Positions 1 through 14,345 of a stretch of DNA of 64,000 bases are shown here, in pieces. A program made the position numbers and the translations under genes. The notes under the pieces were generated by a model. It ran no database searches. It had not been told where the DNA came from and saw only the letters and a program-made list of their open reading frames with translations. Origin of the DNA: Dictyostelium discoideum (taxonomy: Eukaryota); the NCBI GenBank assembly GCA_000004695.1, contig CM000151.3, positions 3,552,001-3,616,000 of the forward strand, in the 5' to 3' direction. Each line of letters starts with the position of its first letter. Positions within the stretch are counted from its first letter, which is position 1.

Positions 1-754
1 AATTATTATTATTATTTTTTGTTTTAATTATTATTTGATTTGAATTTGGTGAATTAATATTATCATTTAATGATGTTTTAAATTCAATTGCTAATATACC
101 ACCATTTGCACTATTTAAATGATCATCATTATATTCTAATTGACCACCTTCTAATAGTTTATAATGTTGATATGATTGTGGTGACTCTTTTGAATTATGT
201 AATATAAATGTTAAACCATCAGTACCATTTGTTTCAACAGTATATGTAAATTCATTTATCCAACTTTTATTTTCAATATTAATCTCTTTATTATAAAAAC
301 ATGATCCAATCTTATCAGTTGTTGAATTTGTCAAAACCATCGTATTACAATTTTCCCATATTGTTGATCCATTAATAACACTATTTGATTCAATTAATCT
401 ATAAATTGATGTTGATATTGTGTTTGGAATAATTGGTTGTGTTTGTTGTTGTGTTTGTTGAATTTGTTGTGTTTGTTGTTGTGTTTGTTGTTGTGTTTGT
501 TGTTGTGTTAGTTGTTGTGTTTGTTGTTGTGTTTGTTTTGCAATAATTGGTTGTTGTTGAATATTATTATTTATGATTAATTTTGGTGATGATGATGAAA
601 ATTTTGATTTTGAAATTGATTTTTGTGAGGTTGTTTTTTTTACTTTTTTATAAATTCTTGGTAATGGTGAGTAGAGTAATTCATGTAAGTCAAACAATTG
701 GACTCTATTTCTTTTTGATAATTTGGTTGAACTTCTTGTTGCAATTTTAACCAT
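1..754 (-). CDS. Protein with Gln/Thr-rich (QQQT)n linker and an L-type (legume-like, concanavalin-fold) lectin domain; 5' part only, the gene runs off the window start
   Basis: Minus-strand ATG at about 754-752. The continuous reverse frame reads MVKIATRSS...QTQQQTQQQ..., then ...TDGLTFILHN...GGILAIEFKTS.... This matches the two signature blocks of L-type lectins (DGLAFxL and VAVEFDT). The frame is open to coordinate 1. The ORF track does not list it because it lacks a stop inside the window. Confidence 0.5.
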   Translation of the reverse strand, partial: MVKIATRSSTKLSKRNRVQLFDLHELLYSPLPRIYKKVKKTTSQKSISKSKFSSSSPKLIINNNIQQQPIIAKQTQQQTQQLTQQQTQQQTQQQTQQIQQTQQQTQPIIPNTISTSIYRLIESNSVINGSTIWENCNTMVLTNSTTDKIGSCFYNKEINIENKSWINEFTYTVETNGTDGLTFILHNSKESPQSYQHYKLLEGGQLEYNDDHLNSANGGILAIEFKTSLNDNINSPNSNQIIIKTKNNNNN

Positions 755-1186
755 TTTGTTTTTTTTTTTATTTTTATTTTTTTATTAATATATTTAATTT
801 ATTTGTTGTTATTTGTTAATGTTGGAAAAAAAAAATAAATAAAAAACATTTTATACTTGGGCTAAAAAAAAAAAAATAAAAAAAATAAAAAAAAAATAAA
901 AAAAAATAAAAAAATTTCTGCGAAAAAGTATTTTTAAAAATAAAGCTTGTTTTTTTTGTTTGTTGTTTATTTTTATAAATTTTAATCGAAATTAATTTTT
1001 ACAACCAAGATAATCAGTGTTACTTTACGAAAAAAAGAAAAATTTATAGGAAATAAAAAAAAAAAAAAAAAAACTTTTGTTTTTATTTAATTTTATTTTA
1101 TTTTCAATTTTTATTTTTTTAATTTTATATTTTTTTTACTTTTTTATTTTTTTATTTTAATTTTATTTCACGACGACATCCGATTT

Positions 1187-1244
<58 letters not shown>

Positions 1245-1420
1245 CTAATAATAAATTGGCGGTTAATAAAAAAAATAAAAAAAAATAAAAAAGTGTTATT
1301 AAATTTAATAAATCACGTGATTCTGTGAAGAAATTTATTTATTTATTTATTTATTTATTTTATTTTATTTGATTAAAATAAAATATATATTTAAACTTGA
1401 ACTTTTAAAAAAATTTAAAG

Positions 1421-1438
1421 TGGGTGGACCCACTTAAA
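1421..1438. promoter_or_regulatory. Perfect palindrome AAGTGGGT-GG-ACCCACTT in the 5' region of the 1792 gene. A CACGTG E-box-like palindrome lies at about 1315-1320
   Basis: Seen directly in the sequence. These are the only GC-containing motifs in a poly(dT)/poly(dA) promoter region. The function is an inference. Confidence 0.25.
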
Positions 1439-1791
1439 AAAAAAAAAAATAGTTTTTTAATAATCACCTTAATTTTTTTTTTTTACACTTTTTTTTTTGA
1501 AATTAGGTCCTAACGACAAAAAATAGAATGGAGCCTTTTTTTTTTTTTATAGTCAACGGTTTTTTTTTTCATTATTTTTTTTTTTTTTTCATTATTTTTT
1601 AATTTTTTTATTTTACTATTTTTTTTGTTTTTTGGGTTTTTTTTTTTTTATTTTATTTTCTTTTTTTTGGGTTTTTTTCAATGCATTAAACAAATATTGG
1701 AGATATTTATATATAAATATATATATATTACTTCACACAAGCACACACTTCCACATTATCTAGACATATATATAAAAATAATTTCAATTCA

Positions 1792-3544
1792 ATGGATTCC
1801 GATAACACAAAAAGAACAAAGGTAATATGGCCATCTGATATTGGGAATGAATTATTTGAATACTATGAAAAATATAGGGCATCAGGAAATTATGCCAATC
1901 AAAGAGAAGTTGTAGAAGCATTAGCTGAAATTGAAAGATTTAAATCATACACTCAAGATCAAATTTTTTCAAAAGTTAAAAATATGTCCTCAAGAAGTAG
2001 TAAACAAAATTATTCAAATACTCCAACAAAAGTAAATTTAATTTAATTTTTTTTAAAAAAAAAAAATTATTTATTTAAAAAAAATATATACAGAAAAAAA
2101 TAAAAAAAAAATAAAATAAAAAAAAATTTTAATTTTATACTTACATTTTTTTATTATTTTTTTATTGTTTTTTTTTAAGGAAGGTGAAATTTCAAAGAAA
2201 GTAACAATAGAAACTGAAAATGGTATTTTAACACCCGATAAAAAAAATGAAATTGAAAGTAAAAAAAGGAGACAAGATTCACCAATCTTAACCACACAAC
2301 CACAAATTTTAAAAAAAAGACAATTTAAAAATATTGACGATGATTCTGATCATGTAATCACAAGAAATGAATATTATTTTCAAGATGATGATTCTGAAGA
2401 TTATAATGAAGATTTTAATGATTTAGAATTTATAACTACTTCAACCACTACATCTTCTTCAAAGAATAATGAAATTAATAATAATAATAATAATAATATC
2501 AATAATATCAATAATAATAGTTCAAATAATAATAATCCAAATAATATCAATAATAATTCAAATAACAATAATTTAAATAATAATAATAATAATAATAATA
2601 ATTCACACAACAAAATAGATCATCAAGAATTAATGATTTCAAAAGAAAAGAATAAATTTTTATCGGAACAATTATTGATTTTAAAAGAAAAAAATAAATA
2701 TTTAAATGATCAATTATTCATAGAGAAAGAGAGTAATAAAAATAGAGATATTATAATATCAAAACTTAAAATAGAAAATCAATCACATGTAAAAAAGAAT
2801 CAATTACTCGATGAATTGGGTTATCATGATTCTGTAAGAGTATTCTCATCAAATTCAATCATTTCTAAAAGGGATGACCAAGGTAACTTGGTATACTTCT
2901 TTCCAATTCTTTCTCAAAATGGTACACAATCTTTAAAAATAGTTTCACCAAATACAATAACAGGTTCAATACCTACACCTATAATTTCTCAACCAACTTC
3001 AACCTCAACTTCAACTTCAACTACAACTTCAACTTCAATTCCAGCAAATAACTCGATTTCAAATTCAAATTCAAATTCAAATACAAATTCAAATACAAAT
3101 TCAAATACAAATACAAATGAAAATATAAATACAAATACAGTGACAACAACAACAACACCAACTTCTTCAGCTCCATTGGTACCATCAAATACAAATTCAA
3201 CATCAAATTCATCATCTTCTTCACCATCACCACCATCAACTTCAATTACCCAAATCAATACTAATACAACAACAACAGCAGCAGCAGCACCAACAACAAC
3301 AACAACACCAATTATAACATCTGGTGGCTCAACCCCAGTATGTAATGACTTTTTTAAAATTATAGTGGACGAGATTGAAAATGATAAAATTCGAACTCAA
3401 GTATTTTTACTTAAAAGAATCAATGATTACTCTCCACCTATAGTTTGTAAGTATGGTAAGAAAATGGCAGTACAAATGAAACATATACCACCTCCACCTA
3501 TTCAAATTCCAACATTTAGTGAAAGTAGTTTAAAAGATCTCTAA
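1792..3544 (+). CDS. Hypothetical Asn/Ser/Thr-rich protein with a central coiled-coil segment; 2 exons (about 1792-2031, 2180-3544)
   Basis: ORF 1792..2046 ends at a GTAAAT donor at about 2032. An AT-rich 148-nt intron ends in ttttttaag at about 2179. The downstream ORF 2165..3544 continues in phase (…TPTK|EGEISKK…). There are poly-N, (NSNT)n and T/S tracts. No recognisable catalytic domain. Confidence 0.55.
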
Positions 3545-3666
3545 AAAAAAATAAAAATAAAAATAAAAATAAAATAAAAAAAAAAAAAAAAAAATCTTAA
3601 ACAAATTAATGTTTTTATTTTATTTTATTATTTTTTATTTTTATAACTAATTTTTATGATAATCAC

Positions 3667-3698
<32 letters not shown>

Positions 3699-4411
3699 AT
3701 TTGGATTTTTTTTTTTTTTTTGATTATTAATTTTTTTTTGATTATTAATTTTTTTTTTTTTTTTGTGGTTATTGTAAAAATGTATTATCTAAGAAAAAAA
3801 AAAAATCATTGGATAATCCAAATTAAGTGCAAATATTTAAAAAAAAAATTTTTAAATAAAAAAAAAAGGATTCAAGCAAATCAAATCAAATTAAAAAAAA
3901 AAAAAAAAATTTAAAAATAAAAAAAAATAAAATCAATTATTAAAATTTATTTTTTAACGCCCAAACACAAAAAAAAAAAAAAATGCAAAGATTGAAATTA
4001 ATAAGTGGTTTATTGGAGTGAAGTTGATTTTTCTTTTCAGAAACTAACCAAAAATAAATTAATTTTTTGATTATTATTTTTTTTTTCATTAAATTTTTGG
4101 ATATCATTAAGTTTAGGGGTGGTGTTGATTTTTTTTTTATAAAATAAGGAAATTTCACACTCTGTTAAAAATGGTGAGTGGTTTTTTTTTCTAAATAAAT
4201 CATGGTTGGTTTACAAAAAAAAAAAAAAAAAAAAATTAAAAAAAAAATAAAATCTAATTACAAAGTAGTTTAACTTCATAGTGTTAAAAAATCAATAATA
4301 AAAAAAAAACTATAAATAAAAGAAGTTTTTTTTTTTTTTAATCATTAAATTGAAAATCAAAATTTCATTAATTCAAATTATCTTTTAAATATTAAATTCA
4401 ACACAAATAAA

Positions 4412-5173
4412 ATGTCTACCCAAGGTTTAGTTCAACTCCTCGCAAATGCTCAATGCCATTTAAGAACCTCAACCAATTACAATGGTGTCCACACTCAATT
4501 TAATTCTGCCTTAAACTACAAAAACAATGGTACCAATACCATTGATGGTTCAGAAGCTTGGTGTTCATCAATCGTAGATACCAACCAATACATTGTTGCT
4601 GGTTGTGAAGTTCCACGTACTTTTATGTGTGTTGCTCTCCAAGGTCGTGGTGATGCTGATCAATGGGTTACATCATACAAAATCCGTTATTCATTAGATA
4701 ATGTTTCCTGGTTTGAATATCGTAATGGTGCTGCTGTTACTGGTGTAACTGATCGTAACACTGTTGTTAATCATTTCTTTGATACTCCAATTAGAGCTCG
4801 TTCAATTGCTATCCACCCATTAACCTGGAATGGTCACATTTCATTAAGATGTGAATTCTACACTCAACCAGTACAAAGCTCAGTCACTCAAGTTGGTGCA
4901 GATATTTACACTGGTGATAACTGTGCCTTAAATACCGGTTCAGGTAAACGTGAAGTTGTTGTCCCAGTTAAATTCCAATTTGAATTTGCTACTCTCCCAA
5001 AGGTTGCTCTCAACTTTGATCAAATCGATTGTACTGATGCCACCAATCAAACCCGTATTGGTGTCCAACCAAGAAATATTACCACCAAAGGTTTTGATTG
5101 TGTTTTCTACACTTGGAATGAAAACAAAGTTTACTCATTAAGAGCTGATTACATTGCTACCGCTTTGGAATAA
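4412..5173 (+). CDS. dscA: Discoidin I (galactose-binding developmental lectin; N-terminal discoidin/F5-8 type C domain, C-terminal H-type lectin domain, RGD motif)
   Basis: Single 253-aa [33 protein letters not shown]...[11 protein letters not shown]...[13 protein letters not shown] matches discoidin I chains as I remember them. I cannot tell from memory whether this is the dscA, dscC or dscD copy. Codon usage is unusually G/C-rich at third positions, as expected for this very highly expressed gene. Confidence 0.9.
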   Translation: MSTQGLVQLLANAQCHLRTSTNYNGVHTQFNSALNYKNNGTNTIDGSEAWCSSIVDTNQYIVAGCEVPRTFMCVALQGRGDADQWVTSYKIRYSLDNVSWFEYRNGAAVTGVTDRNTVVNHFFDTPIRARSIAIHPLTWNGHISLRCEFYTQPVQSSVTQVGADIYTGDNCALNTGSGKREVVVPVKFQFEFATLPKVALNFDQIDCTDATNQTRIGVQPRNITTKGFDCVFYTWNENKVYSLRADYIATALE

Positions 5174-5232
5174 ATTATTTAAATAAATTTTCATACTCTT
5201 AATACTTTTGTATTATTACTCAATTTAAATTT

Positions 5233-5272
<40 letters not shown>

Positions 5273-5949
5273 AATAGTTAATAATAATAATAATTGTAAT
5301 ACCTTTTTAGATCATCATGATTTAAAAAAGTATTATAATTTTTATAAATTTTTCCACGATTACTAAGATTGTATTTTGTAAGGCTTAGCTTGGAAGACAG
5401 TAAGCTTTGGGAATTTGAATTTTATTATTTTAATTTTAATTTTAATTTAAAATAATCATTAAAAATATTATTCGGCAAAATAAAAAATAAATTATTAAGC
5501 AATCATAAAAAATATAATTCTCGTCCACTTCAAAACATTGGTTTAATAATCACCCTTTCTCTTAGTGATCAATGTTGTAAATTGTAAAAAATAAAATAAA
5601 AAATAAAAAAAGAAACAAAGAAACAAAGAAAAATCATAAAATTATGGAGGGATATCTTATTTTTTTTAAATGACTTTGAAATTACAAGTAAAAAAAGAAA
5701 ACTATTAATTAAAAAAAGGTTAATTTAAATTTTAAAATCTTTTTTTATTTATTTTCCATTAAAAAGGTTAATTCAAATTCTAAATACAAATTTTTTTTTT
5801 TTTTTTTTTTTTAATTTAAGTTCAAAATAACTAATTTTATTTTATTTTAATTTAATTTTCTTTTCTTCTTTTAGATTTTAATTTTAATTTTAATTTTTTT
5901 TTTTTTTTCTAATTTTAATTTTTTTTTTTTTTTTTTTTTTTCTAATTTT

Positions 5950-5989
<40 letters not shown>

Positions 5990-6113
5990 CCTTGGATCTA
6001 TTAAAATAGTTCTCTTGTTCAAATTTTTAGTTTTTTTTTAAAATTTTAAATATTTAATTTTATAATTATAAATCTTATAATAAAATAAACCAAATAAAAA
6101 AAAAAAAAAAAAA

Positions 6114-6465
6114 ATGTCAATGAAAGCGGCTGTGTTCAAAGAAAAGAATGGGAAATTAGAGGTAGTACAAATGCCAATTCCAGAACCTCAACCAGGATGG
6201 GTTAGAATTAAAGTTGAAGCATGTGGAGTTTGCCATAGTGATTTCTTTGTTAAATATGGTAATTAATTTTTTTATTTATTTATTTTTTTAATTTAATTTT
6301 TAATTAACTAATTTTTATTTTTATAATTTAATATTAAATTAACAAATTTTTTTTTTTTTTAAAAAAAAAAAGGTGGAATGGGAAATAAATTTCCAAGGGT
6401 AATTTTTCTAATATATAATAATATTAATTTAAAATAAATAATAAATAAATAACTTATTTTCTTTT

Positions 6466-6496
<31 letters not shown>

Positions 6497-7340
6497 CAAT
6501 AAAAAAGGTACCAGGTCATGAAGTAATTGGAAAAGTTGATAAATTAGGACAAGGTGTTAATAATGAAGAATATGGAATTGGTAAAATGGTAGGAGTTGGA
6601 TGGTTTGGTGGTAATCATTGTGGTAAATGTGAAGATTGTAAAGAGAATGAATGGGTACATTGTAAAGAATCCTATGTTTGTGGAATTCATTATGATGGTG
6701 GATATGCAGAGTATATGACAGCACCAGCAGATTCACTAGTTCCCATACCAGATTGTATGGATCCAGTTGAAAGTGCACCATTGTTATGTGCAGGTGTAAC
6801 TGTATTCAATTCATTTAGAAATCAAAAAGTTAAAGCACCTGCATTAGTTGGAGTTCAAGGTATTGGTGGATTAGGTCATTTGGCAATTCAATTTTGTAAG
6901 AAAATGGGTTTTGAAGTGATTGCTCTATCAAGTGGAAATTCAAAAGAACAATTAACCAAAGAATTGGGTGCTCATTATTATGTTGATACTTCAAAAGATG
7001 GATACATTGATAAAGTTAAATCAATTGGTTCAGTCAAATGTATTTTAGTAACTGCTCCATTTGCATCGGCTGTACCAGGTCTATTAGAATGCTTAGGTAC
7101 AAATGGTAAATTAGTCATCCTTGCCGCATTTAATGAACCATTTAATGCAAGTTCTATAGCAATGATTGGTGGTTCGAAATCAATTATTGGTTGGGCTTCT
7201 GGAGATTCTCGTGACTCTTCTGATACCTTTAACTTTGCTCGTAATAACCAAGTTAGACCAATGGTAAAATCATTCACATTAGAAGAAGCAAATGAAGCAT
7301 TAGATGGAATTAATAATGCTAGATTTAGAAATGTTATTAA

Positions 7341-7347
<7 letters not shown>
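6114..7347 (+). CDS. Zinc-dependent alcohol dehydrogenase-like protein (MDR superfamily); 3 exons (6114-6258, 6373-6398, 6508-7347)
   Basis: Exon 1 reads MSMKAAVFKEKNGKLEVVQMPIPEPQPGWVRIKVEACGVCHSDFFVKYG with a gtaatt donor. The 26-nt micro-exon reads GMGNKFPR with a gtaatt donor. Exon 3 starts VPGHEVIGKV, then the structural-Zn motif CGKCEDCKENEWVHC and the Rossmann motif GVQGIGGLGH. All phases are compatible. Confidence 0.75.
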
Positions 7348-7375
<28 letters not shown>

Positions 7376-8970
7376 GAATTTCTAAATTTAATTTTATTAA
7401 AATTTAATAAAATTAGTTTAATTTAATACTTATTTTTAAATTCATATAAAAAATAATAATAAATAAAAAATAAAAAAATAATAAAAATCGAAAAGAGAAA
7501 AAAGAAATAAAAAAATTATTTGATTTGATTTTTTTTTTTTATTTTTTATTTTAATTTTTTTTTTTTTTGTAAAATTTATATTTTTTACTTTATTAGAATT
7601 ATTTTCTTATATTTTAAAATTTTAAGGTATACAGATAATCTAGATATTTTCAAACTCTTGTTTTTAAATGGATTAATTAAAAAATAAACAATTCGTAATT
7701 TCCTATTATGTCAAAATATTGTTAAAAAGGTTAAAAATAACTTTATTCGGAAAAAAAGTGGGTTATATTTAAAAAATTTGTAAACACAAAAAAGGGAAGT
7801 TATAGAAATTTATAAATCTTTTTTTTATTTTTTTTTTTTTTTTATTTTTAATTTTTTATTTTTTTATTTTTAATTTTTATTTTTTTTTTTCTTTTTTTTT
7901 TTCTAAGCAATTTTGTCGGCCATTTTTCTTTTTTCATTTTTTTTTTTTTTTTTTTTTTAAATTAAGAATTATTTTGGTAAATTAATATATCTAAGTGAAT
8001 AACAATATGAGCTAACAAAATTATTTAAATTATTTTCTCCTTGAAGAATTTTATTAGAACAATAATTATTATTAATTGAAATTAAAGATGATTTTGATTG
8101 AATTGGTTTATTTATAATTGATTCTAAATTTAGAAAAAAGAAAAACAATTTTAAATTAGAATATTTTCATTCCAGAATTTTTTTTTAAAATAATTTACAA
8201 ATTAAAAAATTACATACTAAAAATAGACATTTTGGGAAATTAAGTATTTTAGTTTATTAGTTAATTTAAAATTTCTTCTTTTTTTAATTTTGGTTGTTAT
8301 TTTTTTCTTTTTTTTTTTTTAATGAAATAATTTATTTTTTTTTTCTTCTTTAAATATTAATTTTTTTTTAAAGAAATAAAATAAAATAAAATAAAAATAA
8401 AAATAAAAATAAAATAATAATTTTATAAATAAAATTACAATAATTATAGTAAAAAAATAAAATTAACCAATTATATGTTGATGTAATTTTAATACTTACT
8501 TAAATTGCTAAATACGGTTATGTTGATAATACATTTCAAACTCCCTTCATTGCTACCAACACTTATATAAGTGGGTATTTTCTAATTGTTTTTTTTTTTT
8601 CTTTTTTCGGGCGAGTGATAATAATTTTAATATTTAAAATGATGTCGTTAATTCATATAGAATTAAGTTATATATCATCATCATTTCCACGTGAACCCTA
8701 ATGAAATAAAAGTATTATTTTTGAATAGAAATTAGAAAACAAAATAATATATATACCCTATTATTATATACTTTCAAAACCAACAACTAAATATTTATCA
8801 TGATAACGACCAACTTTTTATAATTAACTGACTTTATACTTATAATTTACCAACAATGTTTATCAAATATTAACTTTGAATGTGTGTGTTGGTTTGGATG
8901 TATAATTTTGTGTATGCGTGGGGAAAAAATTATTGTTATTTTTAATAAAATAAAATAATATTAAGAAATA

Positions 8971-9014
<44 letters not shown>

Positions 9015-9435
9015 AAAAAAGAAAAATAAAAAATAAAAATAAAAAAAGTAGTAATTATTATAATAATTGTAAAAAAAAAAATCAAATTTATTATAAAGAT
9101 AAAATAAAACATTTTTGACACACACTTAATACGATTAACGATTTTAATTAAAAAAAAAAAAAAAAAAATTTTACTAATTACAGGATTACAATTTGTAATT
9201 TTTATTGCATTTATTAATTTTATTTTTTTAATAAAAGATGAGCTTTAAGATTGAAATTTGTAGTATGTACTTTTTTTGACAAGAAAAAAACCTTTTTTTT
9301 TTTTTTTGGCAATGAATAAATAATATTATTATATATTATCTTTTTTAAATGGTTTTTTTTTTTTTTTTTTTTTTTTTTAAACAGTTTTAATTATTATTTT
9401 TTTTTTTTTTTTTTATATTTTGGTTTTTGTTAAAT

Positions 9436-9471
<36 letters not shown>

Positions 9472-9477
<6 letters not shown>

Positions 9478-9859
9478 TATTAGTTGTGAAGATTGAGAAT
9501 TTATATTATTACTATTAATAAATTCAGAAACTGATTTATTTGATAGGAAATGTAGTTTTAATCTTTCAAGATGTGGATATTTTTCATTAAAATGATGTGC
9601 CAAATGACCATGATTTTCCAAGTATCTTAAAGTTATATCGTATAAAATAAATAAATATAAATCAGCCAAGGTTGTACTATCGCCGGTGCTGAAAATGTTG
9701 ATTTTGATAATTGATTTTCGAAATCATTGAAATGTGTACATAATAATTTTGTAATTTCTTCATTCTATTTATTTAATTAAAAAAAAAAAAAAAAAAATTA
9801 AATTAAAATTGGTACTAAAAAAAAAATAAAAATAAAAAAAATAAAAAAAATCTAAAAAT

Positions 9860-9907
<48 letters not shown>

Positions 9908-10229
9908 AAAAACATACAATAATATTTGAATTAATAATTGGTAAAACATATTCTTCAATTATTTCTAAAACTGATTCTACAATATCATCAACACGAGCGC
10001 TTTCTTGTAATGATTTACCAGAAAAATTATGATTATTTGAAATATATCTAGAAATGACAGCAGATTGGCCCAATAAATAATCTTCATCTTTTTGTGTATG
10101 TTTTATAAATTGATTATATGATTCCAATTTATTTGTAAATTCTTGGTTAATTTCACTTAATTGATTTATTTCATATTCTACACCCAAATATGATAATAAA
10201 ATTTTAAAAATATAAATTGATGATATCAT
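9472..10229 (-). CDS. Glutathione S-transferase-like protein, 2 exons (10229-9918, 9764-9472) with an apparent 1-nt frameshift in exon 2 (possible pseudogene or sequence error)
   Basis: Exon 1 reads ...LLGQSAVISRYISNNHNFSGKSLQESARVDDIVESVLEI.. (GST N-domain/linker pattern). A GTATGT donor lies at 9917 and an aaatag acceptor at 9765. Exon 2 begins NEEITKLLCTHFNDFENQLSKSTF in one frame. The GST C-domain TGDSTTLADLYLFILYDITLRYLENHGHLAHHFNEKYPHLERL.. is in the -1 frame. The switch is at a TTTT run near 9690. Adding one T would give ...STFFSTGDSTTLADLYLF..., a typical GST motif. The predicted N-terminus looks about 10 aa short, so a 5' micro-exon may be missing. Confidence 0.55.
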
Positions 10230-10889
10230 AATTTTTTTATTATTTCTTCTTTTATTATAATTATTATTTTTATTATTAATTTTTATTTTTTATTTTTTTT
10301 ATTATTATTTTATTTTTTTTTAAACAGTTCTAGTTTTATTTTAAAATAAAATTAAAATTTTTTAAAACAATAACTACTACAATAATAAATAATTATATAT
10401 TATTTTTTTATTTTTAATTATAAATATAAATATAAATATAAAAAAAAAAATTGCAAAATTATTTAATAAAATAAAATAATTTTTTTTTTTTTTTTTATAT
10501 TAAAATTTTAAATAAGGAAAAAATGTGTGTGTGGAATATATATAGATTGTAGTTTTGTTTGGTTTTAAACATAATTATGTGGATCTAGATGATAACATAA
10601 AAAAACACAAAAACTTTAAAATTTTATAATAACTAAAAATTACTAAAAAGACGTAAAATTATAAAACACAAAAAAGACTGAAAAAAAAAAATTTTATTAT
10701 TATGGTAATTATAAAAAAGGAAAAATAAAAAGAAAAAATAAAAATCAAATAAAAAAAAAAAAAACAAAAATAAAACTACTGAAAATAATGAAAAATAATT
10801 AAATAAATATTAAAATAATAATAATAATAATGATAATAATTATTATTTTTTGATGGGTTGTGGGTTATTATTATAATAGTTGATTTTTT

Positions 10890-10938
<49 letters not shown>

Positions 10939-11813
10939 TGTATATATAAAATTTAGAAATGATGGCACTACTGTTTAAATAATATTTATATATTTATTTA
11001 TTTATAATTATTATATTGTTTTTGTTGTGTTGTCTTTGAGCAGAAATTTGGTTTTCAAATTCAAATAAATTTAAAATTAATAATTATTAAAAAAAAAAAA
11101 TATTTTGATATTTTTTTTTTTTTTAATTTAATTTTAATTTTTTTTAATTTTTTTTTTTAATTTTTTTTTTTTTTTATTATTATCTTAAAAATCGATGATA
11201 GAACGTCAAGAATATTGGTGGGAGTGTTGAAATTTTGCACCAGCGTGTGAAAGTTTAAAATTAGGTGTTTTGTTTTTTTTTTTTCCAATTTTTTTAAATC
11301 ACGCCAAAAGGTTGGATTTTTTTTTTTTAAAATTTTATTATAATGTATAATGCTATCGTGGGTGAACAAAGAAAAAAAAAATATATTGTAGAATGAAAAG
11401 AATATTGTGTGTGTGTGAGTGTGTGTGTGTGTAAGAAAATAAAAAATAAAAAAATAAAAAATAAAAAATAAAAAATAAAAAATAAAATAATAAAACAAAA
11501 TTTAAATATGTATGAGAGAATACAAAAAAAATTAAATAAAAATAAAAAAAAAAAATAAAAAATAAAATAAAATAATAAAATAAAATTACAATGAAAATTG
11601 AATCTTCAGTTTCAAATAATAAAATAATATTCACCAAAAAAACTTTTTTTTTTTTTTTTTATTTTATTTTATTTTTTTTTTATTTTTATTTTTTTTTTTT
11701 GATTGACAACTTAATCTATACTAATTATTAGAAAAAGATAATTATTTGTTTTTACATTTTTTGAAAAGAAACAAATTAAAACCATTTTTTCACCAAGTAA
11801 CCGGAAAAGAAGT

Positions 11814-11891
<78 letters not shown>

Positions 11892-12871
11892 CTAATATTC
11901 CAAAAGGTATTGACGTGGAATTTTTTTTTTTTTTTTTTAATTGAATCATTTATTATTATTATTATTATTTTCTTATTATTTATTACGCAATCAATATTGT
12001 GATTTTTTCAATCATTATTAAAAAAAAATAATAATAATGTGGGAAGAAATTTAAATTAATTTATTTAGTAAGGAATACATTACTTGTTTGAAAACATTTT
12101 TATTTGGCATTATTACGTAAATTTTATAATAAAAACTCTAATAAAAAAAACAAAAAAAACTACAATAAAATCTTATTTTCCTGTCATCTAAATTATTTAC
12201 AAAATAATTTTGTCAATTTCGAATAAATATAACGAAAACAAATTTTTTAAAAAAATGACTCTTTTTAAAAAGTTCATAATTTCACATTCAAATATTAATT
12301 ACTTATTATGAATAAGGATGAAATAAAAAAAAAAAAAAATAAAAAATAAAAAAAAATTGTTTTGTTACCCAAAGATAAAAGATCAAAAAAAAAAAAAAAT
12401 TAAAAAAAAATTAAATTAAAAAAAAAAAATTTAATTTTTAAAAAAAAAAAATTAAAAATAATTAAAAACGGAACTAAAAATCATTTTCATGAAAATGCAT
12501 ACCTGGTAGTTTTTTTTTTTTTAATATTTTTAGTCGAAAAAAAAAAAAAAAAATAAAAAAGTGTGACAAAAATAAATTAATTTATTATAATTTATTTATT
12601 TATTTATTAATTATTTATTTATTTAAAAACTTTTACACATAAAAAAAAAAAAAAAAAAAATTCAATTTTCACACATTTCTCCCAATACAAATAAAACTTT
12701 TTTTTTTAATAATTTGTATTTTTTAAATTTTCACACTACAACGACAACAAATATAATTCTTCATTATACAATACTTATATAATATACCACCTTATACAAA
12801 CATACATACATACATACAAACATACATACATTCATAATATATAATCAATACATATAATTTTAAAATAAGAA

Positions 12872-13597
<726 letters not shown>

Positions 13598-14227
13598 AAA
13601 AAGAATAACGAAATATAAAAGGAAAAAAAAAAAAAAATTAACAATTCAATCATATATAAACTCATACAAACAAACAACAACAACAACAACAACAGCAGTA
13701 AAACATCAATAATATACTTCATACAAATCTTTGGATAATTAAAAGCGCATACTTTTTTATTTTTATTTTTTTTTTTTTTTAAAAAAAAGCAATAACAACA
13801 ATAATAAACCTGTAAATAAATAAAACACAACTGAATACAAATTATAAATTTTACTTTATATATTATTTTTTTTTATTTTTCTTTTTATTTTCATTTTACA
13901 AAAAAGTAATTATGAATTAGCTTAAGATTTTTTAAAAATAAAATCATGATTAAATAAATAAAAAGTTTAAAATTTTTAGAAACTCATTAAAAAAAAAGGA
14001 ATATTTTATTTGTTTATAATTTTTAATTATGCAAACCCACATCAAAACATATCACATCACATCACATCACACATTCAGATATTAATCTTATTTTTATTTT
14101 CTTTATTTTTTTATTTTTTTTATTTTTTTTTTTTAATTTTACAAAAATAACCCACAAAATATCTAACATCATCCCTAATTCTATATTATTCTTCAATTTA
14201 ATAAACTTTTTAAATCATATTGAACTT

Positions 14228-14345
<118 letters not shown>

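Noticed and set aside
6557-7277. Antisense ORFs overlapping the alcohol dehydrogenase gene
   Set aside because: They are opposite-strand shadows of a well-supported, domain-bearing CDS.
8590-8700. GC-containing segment (ttcgggcgagtg ... ccacgtgaaccctaatg) in the ADH-GST convergent spacer, considered as a possible small RNA or telomere-like CCCTAA unit
   Set aside because: There is a single CCCTAA, no repeat, no convincing secondary structure and no flanking promoter motif.
11157-11637. ORF-track peptides rich in F/Y/K/L (also at 2071-2295, 2401-2613, 3720-4158, 13594-13830, 14227-14508, 19253-19462, 20398-20592, 25673-26354, 33941-34263, 35536-36009, 39196-40474, 41965-42216, 45815-45997, 50002-50642, 51266-51463)
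   Set aside because: These are translations of poly(dA)/(dT) tracts, microsatellites, or the antisense of genuine coding low-complexity tracts. They have no start context, splice logic or compositional coding signal.
14140-14160. ACCCACAA motif resembling the Dictyostelium upstream sequence element (DUSE) of small-RNA genes
   Set aside because: Nothing resembling a structured ncRNA lies at the expected about 60 nt downstream on either strand, only an (AAT)n microsatellite. A lone 8-mer in AT-rich DNA is weak evidence.
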